Assembly: GCA_029555085.1 (NCBI GenBank)
Contig: JAKPTO010000026.1
Location: forward strand, 37,217 to 101,216
Direction of reading: 5' to 3'
Source: a bacterium
GTDB taxonomy: Bacteria; Patescibacteriota; Patescibacteriia; UBA1558; S5-K13
DNA length: 64,000 bases
Shown: positions 20,357 to 29,719 of the stretch, piece by piece
Numbering within the stretch: the stretch's first letter is position 1
Layout: every line of letters begins with the position of its first letter
The notes under the pieces: generated by a model
Database searches by the model: none
What the model saw: the letters and a program-made list of their open reading frames with translations, nothing else
What the model was told of the DNA's origin: nothing
Program-made: the position numbers and the translations under genes

Positions 20357-20759
20357 ATTGACAAGCTTGTATGAAATTTTATTTTTGTTTTAGATTTCAT
20401 ATCTTCTATTATTATATATAATTATATATAATTTACCCGATATATTCAATACTTTTTATCCGATATATTATTTTTTATACCCGATACGGTTTTTATCCCT
20501 TTATTTAAAGGACAAAAATCATATGGGATAAATTTTTATAAAATAAGACAAAGCATATAAATTTGACAAATTTTCAATAAAAAAATAATATTTTTCAAAA
20601 CCCAAATAAATTACCTATACAAATATTTATAGAAGTGGAAAACTATATAACCAATTTAGTTTAAAAATTAAATAAAATTACCTGAAAGTTAGAGTGCTTA
20701 CTTTATTATTTTTAACAAAGGCGCTATACTAAAATTATAAATATATCAAAAAATAATAT

Positions 20760-21218
20760 ATGGAAAAATTAATAATTTTGAATAAAAAAATTGACTACGA
20801 ATATGAAATCAAAGAAAAATTTGTAGCTGGATTAGTTTTGTTTGGCGATGAAGTTAAGTCAATAAAAAATTCTTCATTTGACATGAAAGATTCGTATATA
20901 AAAATTTCATCTGAGTCCGAAGTTCTTCTTCTCAATTTTAAAATTTCTCCATACAAAAAATCAAATTTAAACTTATTGAAACACAAACCCAATAGATCCA
21001 TAAAATTACTACTCAAAAAATCTGAAATTAAAAAATTAAATTCTCTTTTAAAAGAAAAATCCTACACTGCCATTCCTAAAAAAATTTTTGTAAAAAACAA
21101 TTTTATAAAAGTTGAAATTGCTGTTGTAAGGGGAAAGAAAAAATATGAAAAAAGAGAATTTATAAAAAATAAAGAAATTAAAAAAGATCTACAAAAAAAT
21201 TATAAACTTCATAGTTAA
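20760..21218 (+). CDS. smpB: SsrA-binding protein
   Basis: FVAGLVLFGDEVKSIKNSSFDMKDSYIKI... and the RSIKLLLKKSEIKKL pattern match SmpB. The gene lies directly upstream of the tmRNA. Confidence 0.8.
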   Translation: MEKLIILNKKIDYEYEIKEKFVAGLVLFGDEVKSIKNSSFDMKDSYIKISSESEVLLLNFKISPYKKSNLNLLKHKPNRSIKLLLKKSEIKKLNSLLKEKSYTAIPKKIFVKNNFIKVEIAVVRGKKKYEKREFIKNKEIKKDLQKNYKLHS

Positions 21219-21450
21219 ATTTTTTAATAAAAAATTTTTAAAAACCATCTTGTACAAATTTTGTGTTCAATTTAAAATGTCTAAAATTATCAAAATTACA
21301 CCCTTAAAATTATCAAATTTCACATAAACAATCTTCTTTAAAATTTCTAAAATACTAAAAAATTATATAAATTAAAAATAAAATTTTTTATATTTTTATA
21401 AAAAATATCCACTCCTAAATAGTACATATAAAATTTATTACATTTGGCGA

Positions 21451-21479
21451 TTGACAGATGATAAAAATTGCTGTATACT
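21451..21479 (+). promoter_or_regulatory. Near-consensus sigma-70-type promoter upstream of tmRNA
   Basis: TTGACA (21451-21456), a 17-nt spacer, then TATACT (21474-21479), about 42 nt upstream of the tmRNA 5' end. Confidence 0.5.
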
Positions 21480-21521
21480 AATCCTATAAATTATACGCAT
21501 AAAATTGTATAATTTTTTTAT

Positions 21522-21912
21522 GGGGATGTATCAATTTGATGCATAAAAAATTTGTTCTTTGGCAAGTCAAGTTTTGCGAAACTTGTAAAAAACGCTAAAT
21601 CATAAATGTCAAATCATTTATAGAAAAAGTTAAAGTTGCATTTAGTAATCCAGCTTTCAACTTTTCAATTGCTTAATCTTTTTTAAAAATTAAGCCATCC
21701 TCTATCTTCATACTCGATGGGGATTTACGAGGGTGTTATATTTTCGAGTTATACTATGGTAATTTCCATGTGCCATAGTGAAAACTTATGGAATATATAA
21801 ATAATATTTTTCTTATTTATAGTTATTTATAGAATTTTAAAAATAAGATAAACTTGTAGATAAAGAATGAATTGTTAGGCAGACAGGGGTTCAAATCCCC
21901 TCATCTCCACCA
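21522..21912 (+). ncRNA. ssrA: Transfer-messenger RNA (tmRNA, ssrA)
   Basis: The 5' GGGGAUG pairs with the 3' CAUCUCC acceptor strand. The 3' end GGGGTTCAAATCCCCTCATCTCCACCA is a T-arm, acceptor and CCA. A PK1-like TTTGCGAAAC element is present. Candidate tag frame is GCA TTT AGT AAT CCA GCT TTC AAC TTT TCA ATT GCT TAA. Confidence 0.8.
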
Positions 21913-22026
21913 TAATTTATTATTACCCAAATCTTTGATATAATAAATATGGTTTAATAATTAACCAAAAAACATATAAACAAATTTTTAAACAATAGAA
22001 ATACTAATAATTCTAAAAAATATAGA

Positions 22027-22509
22027 ATTAATAACCAAATAAGTATAGACAAGGTGTTTGTGATAGGTTCTAATGGTGAAAAATTGGGAATCATGGACAC
22101 GCATTCCGCTATTACAAAAGCAAAAGAATCAGGACTTGATCTAGTTGAAGTTTCTCCAAATGCTAATCCTCCGGTATGTAAAATAGTTGATTTCGGACAA
22201 TTTCAATACAGTAGATCAAAAAAACAAAAAACCAACAAGCCAAAAAAGGTTGAAATAAAAGGAATAAGATTGTCTCTAACCATAGGAAAACATGATTTAG
22301 AGGTAAAAAGAAATCAGGCAAAAAAATTTCTATCACAAAAAGATAAGGTTCGTATAGAATTAATGTTAAGAGGTAGAGAAAGGCAGCATGTAAATAAAGC
22401 AAAAGATGTAGTAAATGAATTTTTATCGGAAATAATAGATGATATATCCATAGAACAAGATATGCGCTATATGTCTGGAAAACTATCAATGATTATAAAA
22501 TCTAAATAA
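22027..22509 (+). CDS. infC: Translation initiation factor IF-3, probably starting at a non-canonical AUU codon
   Basis: The ORF-track start (GTG at 22054) cuts off the conserved RINxxIR N-terminus. The in-frame upstream sequence encodes I-N-N-Q-I-S-I-D-K from ATT at 22027, and a stop lies at 22015-22017. The rest matches IF-3 (GLDLVEVSPNANPPVCKIVDFG). Confidence 0.7.
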   Translation: MNNQISIDKVFVIGSNGEKLGIMDTHSAITKAKESGLDLVEVSPNANPPVCKIVDFGQFQYSRSKKQKTNKPKKVEIKGIRLSLTIGKHDLEVKRNQAKKFLSQKDKVRIELMLRGRERQHVNKAKDVVNEFLSEIIDDISIEQDMRYMSGKLSMIIKSK

Positions 22510-22595
22510 GTAAATTGAAAAAATATAAAGTTAAATACCTACAATAGAACAGGAAAATTATAAATATTGACATAAGCATTTTAAAACTAAAATAT

Positions 22596-22781
22596 ATGCC
22601 AAAATTAAAGACATACAAAACATTATCAAAACGAATAAGAATTACAAAAAACGGTAAAGTCATAAGAAGGAGTAAATCACAGGATCATTTTAATACTAGA
22701 GAAACTGGAAAGACAAAAAGAAATAAAAGGAAAGATGTAAAAGTCTCGGATGTTTATTCAAAAAACATAAGTAAATTATAA
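22596..22781 (+). CDS. rpmI: 50S ribosomal protein L35
   Basis: MPKLKTYKTLSKRIRITKNGKV... Confidence 0.85.
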   Translation: MPKLKTYKTLSKRIRITKNGKVIRRSKSQDHFNTRETGKTKRNKRKDVKVSDVYSKNISKL

Positions 22782-22823
22782 TACTTAAGCATTGTTTTAG
22801 TGCTTAATTAGGAAATAAATTAT

Positions 22824-23171
22824 ATGCCAAGAGTAAAAAGAGGTGTTACACATCTTAAAAAAAGAAAAAAAATATTGAAAAAAGCTAAGGGTTATAAATG
22901 GGGAAGAAAATCCACAATAAGAGCAGCAAAAACAGCTGTTAAAAAGGCCGGGCAACATGCGCTTCATGATAGAAGAAAGAAAAAGGGCGTTATGAGATCC
23001 TTGTGGACAACAAAACTCAACGCAGCGCTTAGAAAATATGAAATATCATATAGCAAATTTATAGACATGCTAAAAAAGCAGAACATAGAATTAGATAGAA
23101 AAATACTTGCTGAAATAGCAGAAAAAAATCCAGAAATATTTGAAAAAATAGTAAAATCTATTCAGAAATAA
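22824..23171 (+). CDS. rplT: 50S ribosomal protein L20
   Basis: MPRVKRGVTHLKKRKKILKKAKGY... Confidence 0.9.
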   Translation: MPRVKRGVTHLKKRKKILKKAKGYKWGRKSTIRAAKTAVKKAGQHALHDRRKKKGVMRSLWTTKLNAALRKYEISYSKFIDMLKKQNIELDRKILAEIAEKNPEIFEKIVKSIQK

Positions 23172-23172
23172 G

Positions 23173-23190
23173 AAAAACCTTTGGGTTTTT
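23173..23190 (+). terminator. Possible weak intrinsic terminator after rplT
   Basis: AAAAACC-UUUG-GGUUUUU hairpin with a U-run, immediately after the rplT stop codon. The stem is AU-rich. Confidence 0.3.
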
Positions 23191-23195
23191 CTGTT

Positions 23196-23272
23196 GGAGC
23201 GGTAGTTCAGTTGGTTAGAACGCCTGCCTGTCACGCAGGAGGTCGAGGGTTCGAGTCCCTTCCGTTCCGCCA
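23196..23272 (+). tRNA. tRNA-Asp (anticodon GUC), CCA encoded
   Basis: Manual fold: GGAGCGG acceptor, anticodon stem-loop CCTGC-CTGTCAC-GCAGG, T-arm GAGGG-TTCGAGT-CCCTT, 77 nt. Confidence 0.85.
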
Positions 23273-23442
23273 GAAAAATCTAAATATATAAAATAAATAC
23301 TCTATCAAATGTAGGGTTTTTATTTTTTACAAAAAGGGACGAGAAGTTTATCCCGCCGTATGGCGGGAAGTCCCTTCCGTTCCGCCAGAAGAATCTAAAT
23401 ATATAAAATAAATACTCTATCAAATGTAGGGTTTTTATTTTT
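23255..23442 (+). repeat. Tandem direct repeat of about 115 bp (about 1.6 copies) whose first copy begins inside the tRNA-Asp 3' end, with a GC-rich hairpin between the copies
   Basis: gtcccttccgttccgccagaa[a/g]aatctaaatatataaaataaatactctatcaaatgtagggtttttattttt occurs at 23255-23327 and 23370-23442. The hairpin tcccgcc-gtat-ggcggga lies at 23351-23368. Confidence 0.8.
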
Positions 23443-23649
23443 ATACAGATATTGCAAAACACATACCTTTATTTGACTCAAAGCGTTAATATGTTAAAAT
23501 AAACAATTAAATATTAAATGTTATATTATTTATTGTGAGAATAAACCAATAACAAATACAAATATCTTTAAAATAAAAAAACCTGTTAAAAAAGCAATAG
23601 AATTGATATAATTTATAAATAAAATAATAAAATACTAAATAAAAACTAT

Positions 23650-25335
23650 ATGACAAAAAAGAAGAAAACAATATTTATAATATTCTCTATTATTATACTT
23701 ATAATAGTATCTAGTTTTATTTTTAAAAAACCAAACACGACTTATACTACTGAAAAAGTACAAAGAAAAGACCTAAAACAAACTGTTAGTGAAACTGGGA
23801 CTATTAAATCCTCTGACGAAATAGAACTAAATTTTCAAAATACTGGAAAAATAACAAAAATCCTTGTAAATGTTAATGATAAAGTAAAAGAAAATCAAAT
23901 CTTAGCAGAATTAGATCATAGAAGCTTAGATATATCTGCAAAAAATGCAATCGCAAGCTTAGATATAGCAAAAGCTAATTTAAATAAACTAGTATCTGGC
24001 GCAACCCAACATGAAATAAATACACAACAAATTGCTGTTAATAAAGCTGAAACAGAATACAAATCTGCTTTAAATGAATTAGAAGAAGCCAAGGCAAGTA
24101 TAATAAAAACCTCTAAACAAGCAGAAACAGATGCTCTAATTTCAATTGATACAAATATTTCAAAAGCGCAAATAGCTGTCGATAATATCAACACAATTTT
24201 AAATGATAATGATGCTCAATATCTCTTGGGTGTTAAAAATTCATCAATACTTTATCAGACAAAAAATTCCTACAATGATGCAAAACTACTAATTTCAAAT
24301 GCTAAATCCTCTATCAATACAGCAAAAAATACTAAAACTAGAAATGATATAAAGCTAGCCATAAATAAAACAATCGAAGCTTTGGATTCAACATTTAGCG
24401 CATTAACAAATTCTTATCAAATGCTTGAAGATTCAATTATTTCCTATCAATTCACACAAGCAAAGTTGGATTCCTATAAATCTATAATTAGCACTCAACA
24501 AATAACCATATCCAATGCTCTATCCTCTGTTAAAAATTCGTTAAATATATTAAACAACACAGAACTAAGTAGCGACGGACTAACTATTTCAGGAAGTCAA
24601 ACAATTGCAACAGCTCAATCGAGAGTTGATTCTTCTTACCAAGCTTTTCAATTAATAAAAGCTCAACTTGATGAATTAAAAGCTCCTGCAAGAAGTCAAG
24701 ATGTTATTTTATATCAAGCACAGGTAAGGCAAGCTGAGGCCAATCTAGAATCCATACAAAATCAAATTGAATACAATATAATAAGAGCGCCAATTAATGG
24801 AACAATAACTCAAATTGAATATAAAAAAGGAGAACAATTTTTAGCTACAAAACCAGCAATAAAAATGCTATCTGAAAATAAATTAGAAATAGAAGTCGAT
24901 ATTTCAGAGTCAGATATTACAAAAATAAAAATTAATGATCCAACTGAAATAACCCTAGACGCTCTAACATCTGAAGAAAAACTATACGGAAAAGTTTATA
25001 ATATAGACCCAGCTGAAACAACAATTCAAGATGTAATTTACTATAAAACCAAAATCAGCTTTGATATTCCAGAAGAATTAGTGGAGAATATAAAACCTGG
25101 AATGACAGCAAATGTAATAATTACAACAAAAAATAAAGCAAATGTGCTAGTTATTCCATCTCGCGCTGTTATAGAGAAAAATGGGGATGGAAAATTTGTA
25201 AAAATATTAGAAAATAAAAAAGAAAAGGAAGTATCTGTAAAAACAGGAATATATGGCGATGATGGAATGGTAGAAATTTTATCAGGACTAAAAGAAGGAC
25301 AAGGAATAATAACTTCAACAAACACAAAAAAATAA
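23650..25335 (+). CDS. HlyD/MacA-family periplasmic adaptor (membrane fusion protein) with an extended coiled-coil hairpin
   Basis: N-terminal TM segment, a long alpha-helical region and a C-terminal beta-barrel-like domain. It is translationally coupled to the ABC ATPase (ATAATG overlap). Confidence 0.7.
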   Translation: MTKKKKTIFIIFSIIILIIVSSFIFKKPNTTYTTEKVQRKDLKQTVSETGTIKSSDEIELNFQNTGKITKILVNVNDKVKENQILAELDHRSLDISAKNAIASLDIAKANLNKLVSGATQHEINTQQIAVNKAETEYKSALNELEEAKASIIKTSKQAETDALISIDTNISKAQIAVDNINTILNDNDAQYLLGVKNSSILYQTKNSYNDAKLLISNAKSSINTAKNTKTRNDIKLAINKTIEALDSTFSALTNSYQMLEDSIISYQFTQAKLDSYKSIISTQQITISNALSSVKNSLNILNNTELSSDGLTISGSQTIATAQSRVDSSYQAFQLIKAQLDELKAPARSQDVILYQAQVRQAEANLESIQNQIEYNIIRAPINGTITQIEYKKGEQFLATKPAIKMLSENKLEIEVDISESDITKIKINDPTEITLDALTSEEKLYGKVYNIDPAETTIQDVIYYKTKISFDIPEELVENIKPGMTANVIITTKNKANVLVIPSRAVIEKNGDGKFVKILENKKEKEVSVKTGIYGDDGMVEILSGLKEGQGIITSTNTKK

Positions 25336-26048
25336 TGCTTATACAAATCAAAGATATAAAAAAAGAATATTCTAATGATGAAGTAGTAACTGAGATACTT
25401 CACGGATTATCTTTTGAAATTAAAAAAGGTGAATTTGTTTCCATTATGGGTCCATCTGGATCTGGTAAATCAACACTCATGCATATTTTAGGACTTCTGG
25501 ATAGACCTACAACTGGAACATATTTTTTTGAAAATCAAGATGTTTTAAAATTAACTGATGATGAATTGGCAAATTTGAGAAACAAAAAAATAGGATTTGT
25601 TTTTCAAGCTTTTCATTTACTACCAAAAACACAAGTAATAGATAATGTGATGCTTCCACTCATATACTCTGAAGAAAAAACAAATCACAATGAAAAAGCA
25701 AAACAAGTACTAGAAAGTGTTGGACTATCACACAGAATGTATCACTACACGAATCAAATTTCTGGTGGAGAAAAGCAAAGAGTCGCTATCGCAAGAGCTC
25801 TTGTAAACAATCCCGATGTTATTTTTGCTGATGAACCAACTGGAAACTTGGACTCAAAATCAGGAAAGCAAATTATGGAAATTCTACAAGATTTAAATGA
25901 CAAGGGCCATACCATTATTCTCGTAACTCATGAAACATACACCGCGGAACACGCTCATAGAATTATAAAAATTGTAGATGGACTCATAACTGAAGATTAT
26001 AAAGTTTCCAATAGGCGCTTAGCAAAAAACGAAAACGGCATAAAATAA
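25335..26048 (+). CDS. ABC transporter ATP-binding protein (MacB/LolD-type)
   Basis: Walker A GPSGSGKST, signature LSGGEKQRVAIARAL, Walker B IFADEPTGNLD. Confidence 0.9.
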   Translation: MLIQIKDIKKEYSNDEVVTEILHGLSFEIKKGEFVSIMGPSGSGKSTLMHILGLLDRPTTGTYFFENQDVLKLTDDELANLRNKKIGFVFQAFHLLPKTQVIDNVMLPLIYSEEKTNHNEKAKQVLESVGLSHRMYHYTNQISGGEKQRVAIARALVNNPDVIFADEPTGNLDSKSGKQIMEILQDLNDKGHTIILVTHETYTAEHAHRIIKIVDGLITEDYKVSNRRLAKNENGIK

Positions 26049-26049
26049 T

Positions 26050-27303
26050 ATGTTTAATTTTCTAAAACAATGCGCCAAACTAGCTATTAATTCACTTCTA
26101 GCTAATAAGACAAGAAGTTTTTTGACTATGCTTGGAATTATAATTGGGGTGTCTGCCGTTATAATTATTACTTCAATTGGAAGCGGTGCTCAAGATTTAA
26201 TTCTCTCTGAAATTAAAATACTTGGAACTGATACTATAAGCATTATGCCTGGCAAAGCAGAAGAAAATGGACCACCAGCTTCTGTCATGGGGATAATAAT
26301 TACAACCCTAACATACGAAGATGCAAAGGCGCTTCTCGAGAAAAAAAATTCTCAGCACATTATTAATGTTGCTGCTTACTCAAACACAAATGCGAATGTT
26401 TCCTGGGGTTCCCAGAGTTCAAACTTTGATATAATAGGAACAAATGTAGGTCACTTAACAATGAATAATTTTAATGTCGAAAGTGGGAGATTTTTTACAA
26501 TCGACGAGGAGAGTAATTTGGCAAAAATAGCAGTTTTGGGTAGTCAAGCGAAAGAAGATTTATTTGGGGATTCTGATGCTATAGGAGAAAAAATAAAAAT
26601 TAAAAAACAGGTCTTTGAGGTAATAGGGATACTAGAAGAAAAAGGAACAGTTGCTTTTCAAAATTATGATGACAAAATTTTTATTCCTATAAAAACAATG
26701 CAAAAATTAATTGTTTCCTCAGATGCTGTTGGGATTATAAGAGCAAAAGTAGACAACGAGAAAAATCTTCCTCTTGCTATAAAAGATGCTGAAACTACAC
26801 TTCGCGAAAGACATGATATAAGAGATAATTCTGGAGAGGATGATGATTTTACTGTTAGTAGTCCCGCAGAAGCACTTGAGGCGATTGAAACTGTTACGGG
26901 TGCTTTAAAATTTTTCTTAGCTGCGATGGGGGCAATTTCACTTATTGTGGGTGGAATTGGAATTATGAATATAATGCTTGTAAATGTCAGCGAACGCACA
27001 AATGAAATAGGTCTTAGAAAAGCAATCGGAGCAAAAAATAACAATATCTTAGTTCAATTTTTAATAGAATCAACAATAATAACACTTTCTGGTGGAATTA
27101 TAGGAATAATATTTGGGATACTTGTTTCTCTGCTTGTTAGTGTTATTGCTCAAGCACTAGATTATAATTGGGGATTCCATGTTTCAATGCTCTCAATAAT
27201 TATGGGAATTATTGTTTCAAGCTCTATAGGAATAATTTTTGGACTATACCCAGCGAAAAAAGCTAGTAAACTTGATCCAATAGAAGCATTAAGATATGAA
27301 TAA
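26050..27303 (+). CDS. ABC transporter permease, FtsX/MacB family (with periplasmic domain)
   Basis: N-terminal TM segment, a large periplasmic domain and a C-terminal FtsX-type 3-TM bundle. Confidence 0.8.
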   Translation: MFNFLKQCAKLAINSLLANKTRSFLTMLGIIIGVSAVIIITSIGSGAQDLILSEIKILGTDTISIMPGKAEENGPPASVMGIIITTLTYEDAKALLEKKNSQHIINVAAYSNTNANVSWGSQSSNFDIIGTNVGHLTMNNFNVESGRFFTIDEESNLAKIAVLGSQAKEDLFGDSDAIGEKIKIKKQVFEVIGILEEKGTVAFQNYDDKIFIPIKTMQKLIVSSDAVGIIRAKVDNEKNLPLAIKDAETTLRERHDIRDNSGEDDDFTVSSPAEALEAIETVTGALKFFLAAMGAISLIVGGIGIMNIMLVNVSERTNEIGLRKAIGAKNNNILVQFLIESTIITLSGGIIGIIFGILVSLLVSVIAQALDYNWGFHVSMLSIIMGIIVSSSIGIIFGLYPAKKASKLDPIEALRYE

Positions 27304-28582
27304 TATGATAAGAATAAAAAATTCAATAAAACTCGCTATTAATTCAATGAAAACAAATAAGGGAAGAACTCTTCTTACTATTTTAGGTATGGTAATTGGT
27401 GTAATGAGTATTGTTGTGGTTTTTTCAGCTGGAGAGGGATTAAAGAAATTAATCATAAAACAAATTGAATCCTTCGGTACTGATATTATTGAAATTGAAA
27501 CAAGAATCCCTGTGGGGAAAAATAAAATGGGCAATGAATCACATGAATCAGCCATGAGTATGGCTCAAGGAGTTCGAATAACAACACTAACATTAAAAGA
27601 TGTAGAAGATATAAAAAAAATACCAAATATAGATGGCGGTTATGGTGCGTTAATGGGGCAAGAACTCGCAACCTATGGTAGTAAAAGAAAAAAAGCGTCT
27701 CTTTTTGGAGTTAGTGCTGATTTTATAAACATTGATAAAAGTGAAATAAATAAAGGTAGATTTTTTACCAATGCAGAAGATGAGTCGCTCACAAAGGTTG
27801 TAGTACTAGGCGCTGGAATAAAAGAAGATTTGTTTGGTGACTCAGATGCAATAGGAAATTATATAAATTTAGGAAAATCAAAATACAGAGTAATTGGAAT
27901 AATGAAAGAAAAAGGAGCTGCCATGGGAATGGACTTTAACAGATATATATATCTTCCCGTGCAAACTCTTCAAAAAAAAATCATGGGGATAGATTATTTA
28001 ATGTATACTATATATAAATTAAAAAACTCTGAAATCACAGATGAAACAGTAAAAGAAGTAAAAATTATCTTAAGAGAAAATCATGATATAAATAATCCCG
28101 ACGATATAGTGGGTGTAGATGATTTTACTGTTGTAACAATGGAAGAAATGATGAAAACCGTCAATAGTATTACAAAATATGTAACCGGCTTACTTCTTGC
28201 AATAGTAATAGTTTCTCTTGTGGTTGGTGGTGTGGGGATTATGAATATAATGTATGTAATAATAAGCGAAAGGACATTTGAAATTGGCCTTAGAAAAGCA
28301 CTAGGAGCAAAAAATAAAGATATTATGTGGCAATTTCTCATGGAAGCAATAATAATATCAATTCTAGGGGCAATTTTAGGTATTATTCTAGGTATTCTAC
28401 TATCACTACTTATAACTTTTGCTGCAAATGCTTATGGTCTTTCCTCGAGTTTTAAAATACCCATTTACGCTCTTTTCATATCTCTAATATTTGCGGTTTC
28501 CACTGGTCTTTTATTTGGTGTTTTTCCTGCAAAAAAAGCTGCGGAACTTAATCCAATAACAGCTCTTAGAAATAAAAATTAA
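27296..28582 (+). CDS. ABC transporter permease, FtsX/MacB family (second paralogue)
   Basis: Same architecture as the preceding gene, with an 8-nt overlap. Confidence 0.8.
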   Translation: MNNMIRIKNSIKLAINSMKTNKGRTLLTILGMVIGVMSIVVVFSAGEGLKKLIIKQIESFGTDIIEIETRIPVGKNKMGNESHESAMSMAQGVRITTLTLKDVEDIKKIPNIDGGYGALMGQELATYGSKRKKASLFGVSADFINIDKSEINKGRFFTNAEDESLTKVVVLGAGIKEDLFGDSDAIGNYINLGKSKYRVIGIMKEKGAAMGMDFNRYIYLPVQTLQKKIMGIDYLMYTIYKLKNSEITDETVKEVKIILRENHDINNPDDIVGVDDFTVVTMEEMMKTVNSITKYVTGLLLAIVIVSLVVGGVGIMNIMYVIISERTFEIGLRKALGAKNKDIMWQFLMEAIIISILGAILGIILGILLSLLITFAANAYGLSSSFKIPIYALFISLIFAVSTGLLFGVFPAKKAAELNPITALRNKN

Positions 28583-28611
28583 CCTATGGGCAAGCTCGAA
28601 GGTTGAAAAAA

Positions 28612-29508
28612 TTATTTATACATTTCATCAACCCATTCACCAATTTTTACAACTGCATCTTCACTGTCACTTCTTTTATAAACCGACAAAACCGCAACAC
28701 AAATTTTCTTTTTCATGGGAGTTATATAACCAGCTGTAACATGAAATCTTGTTTCATTCAAAAAACCAGTTTTAGCTCCAAAATAATTCTGGGGATTATT
28801 TCTTAAATCATATACAGTGTGTTTTAAATTTATTTGTCTCCCCTCTCTTGTTGTGAAAGTATATTGTGGCTTGGAAGAATACTCGCTTATGTTTTCATTT
28901 GAAAATGCATGACATGTTACTATTGCCATGTCGCGAGCACTTGTTAAATTTTTCATTGACAATCCCGATGGATCGTCAATTAATGTTTTTGTAAGTCCCC
29001 ACTCGCTTGCAATTTTTCCCATATTTTCTAAAAATTGAGTTTTTGAAATTTCTGTAATTTTTGATAATTTATTTGCAGAATTATTTGCTGAAGCAATTAA
29101 AGTCGAAGCAAAAATATCTTTTATTTTTATTCTTTCTGTTGATTTTAATTTCAGAGTTACAAAAGAATCCCTTGGTCCAACATATTGCCTAAGATCTCCT
29201 TCGCTGTCTTGCCATGTTAAATTATAAGTTTTATTCCATAATGGAAAATGTTTTACAAACTCACTTGCGGTTATTAATTTCATCAAACTTGCGCTTGGCA
29301 TCTGACGCTCTTCTTGATGAAAATATAGCGGTTTCAAAGTTTCATATTCTATAACAGCTGCAGAAATATATGGAACATCTTTTCCGGTTTTCTCTTTATA
29401 CCAATTTGTAAAATCAACATAATTATCTTTTTTCTCTAAAGCAAAACAATTTGCAGGAATTGCAACTATTAAAATAAATAAAAAAATGATTAAAAATTTA
29501 TTTCGCAT
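28612..29508 (-). CDS. D-alanyl-D-alanine carboxypeptidase (serine-type, PBP5-like)
   Basis: Signal peptide, then SxxK (SLMK), SxN (SAN) and KTG (GAKTGF) motifs. Confidence 0.75.
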   Translation of the reverse strand: MRNKFLIIFLFILIVAIPANCFALEKKDNYVDFTNWYKEKTGKDVPYISAAVIEYETLKPLYFHQEERQMPSASLMKLITASEFVKHFPLWNKTYNLTWQDSEGDLRQYVGPRDSFVTLKLKSTERIKIKDIFASTLIASANNSANKLSKITEISKTQFLENMGKIASEWGLTKTLIDDPSGLSMKNLTSARDMAIVTCHAFSNENISEYSSKPQYTFTTREGRQINLKHTVYDLRNNPQNYFGAKTGFLNETRFHVTAGYITPMKKKICVAVLSVYKRSDSEDAVVKIGEWVDEMYK

Positions 29509-29719
29509 AAAACAATTATATCACAAAAATATTCTTTAGAAAATTATTATAAATCTTCACATCCTGAACCATTCCAAAATATCCACTGTATTTAAATTAT
29601 CCTCTCTTACAACTCACCCATTCAAAACAAAAATTAATCCTAAAAATAAAATTAATTTTTTCATATTATTTATTTTATTTACTTTTTATTATTATTTTTA
29701 ATATATTCCTCCAATACTT

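Noticed and set aside
21219-21450. Direct repeat TAAAATTATCAAA (two copies, about 26 nt apart) upstream of the tmRNA promoter
   Set aside because: It is short and AT-only in a very AT-rich intergenic region, so it is likely chance. It is noted only as a weak candidate operator.
23280-23462. 60-aa minus-strand ORF in the ORF track
   Set aside because: It lies entirely within the tandemly duplicated tRNA-flanking repeat and GC hairpin. It is low-complexity and is almost certainly a spurious ORF.
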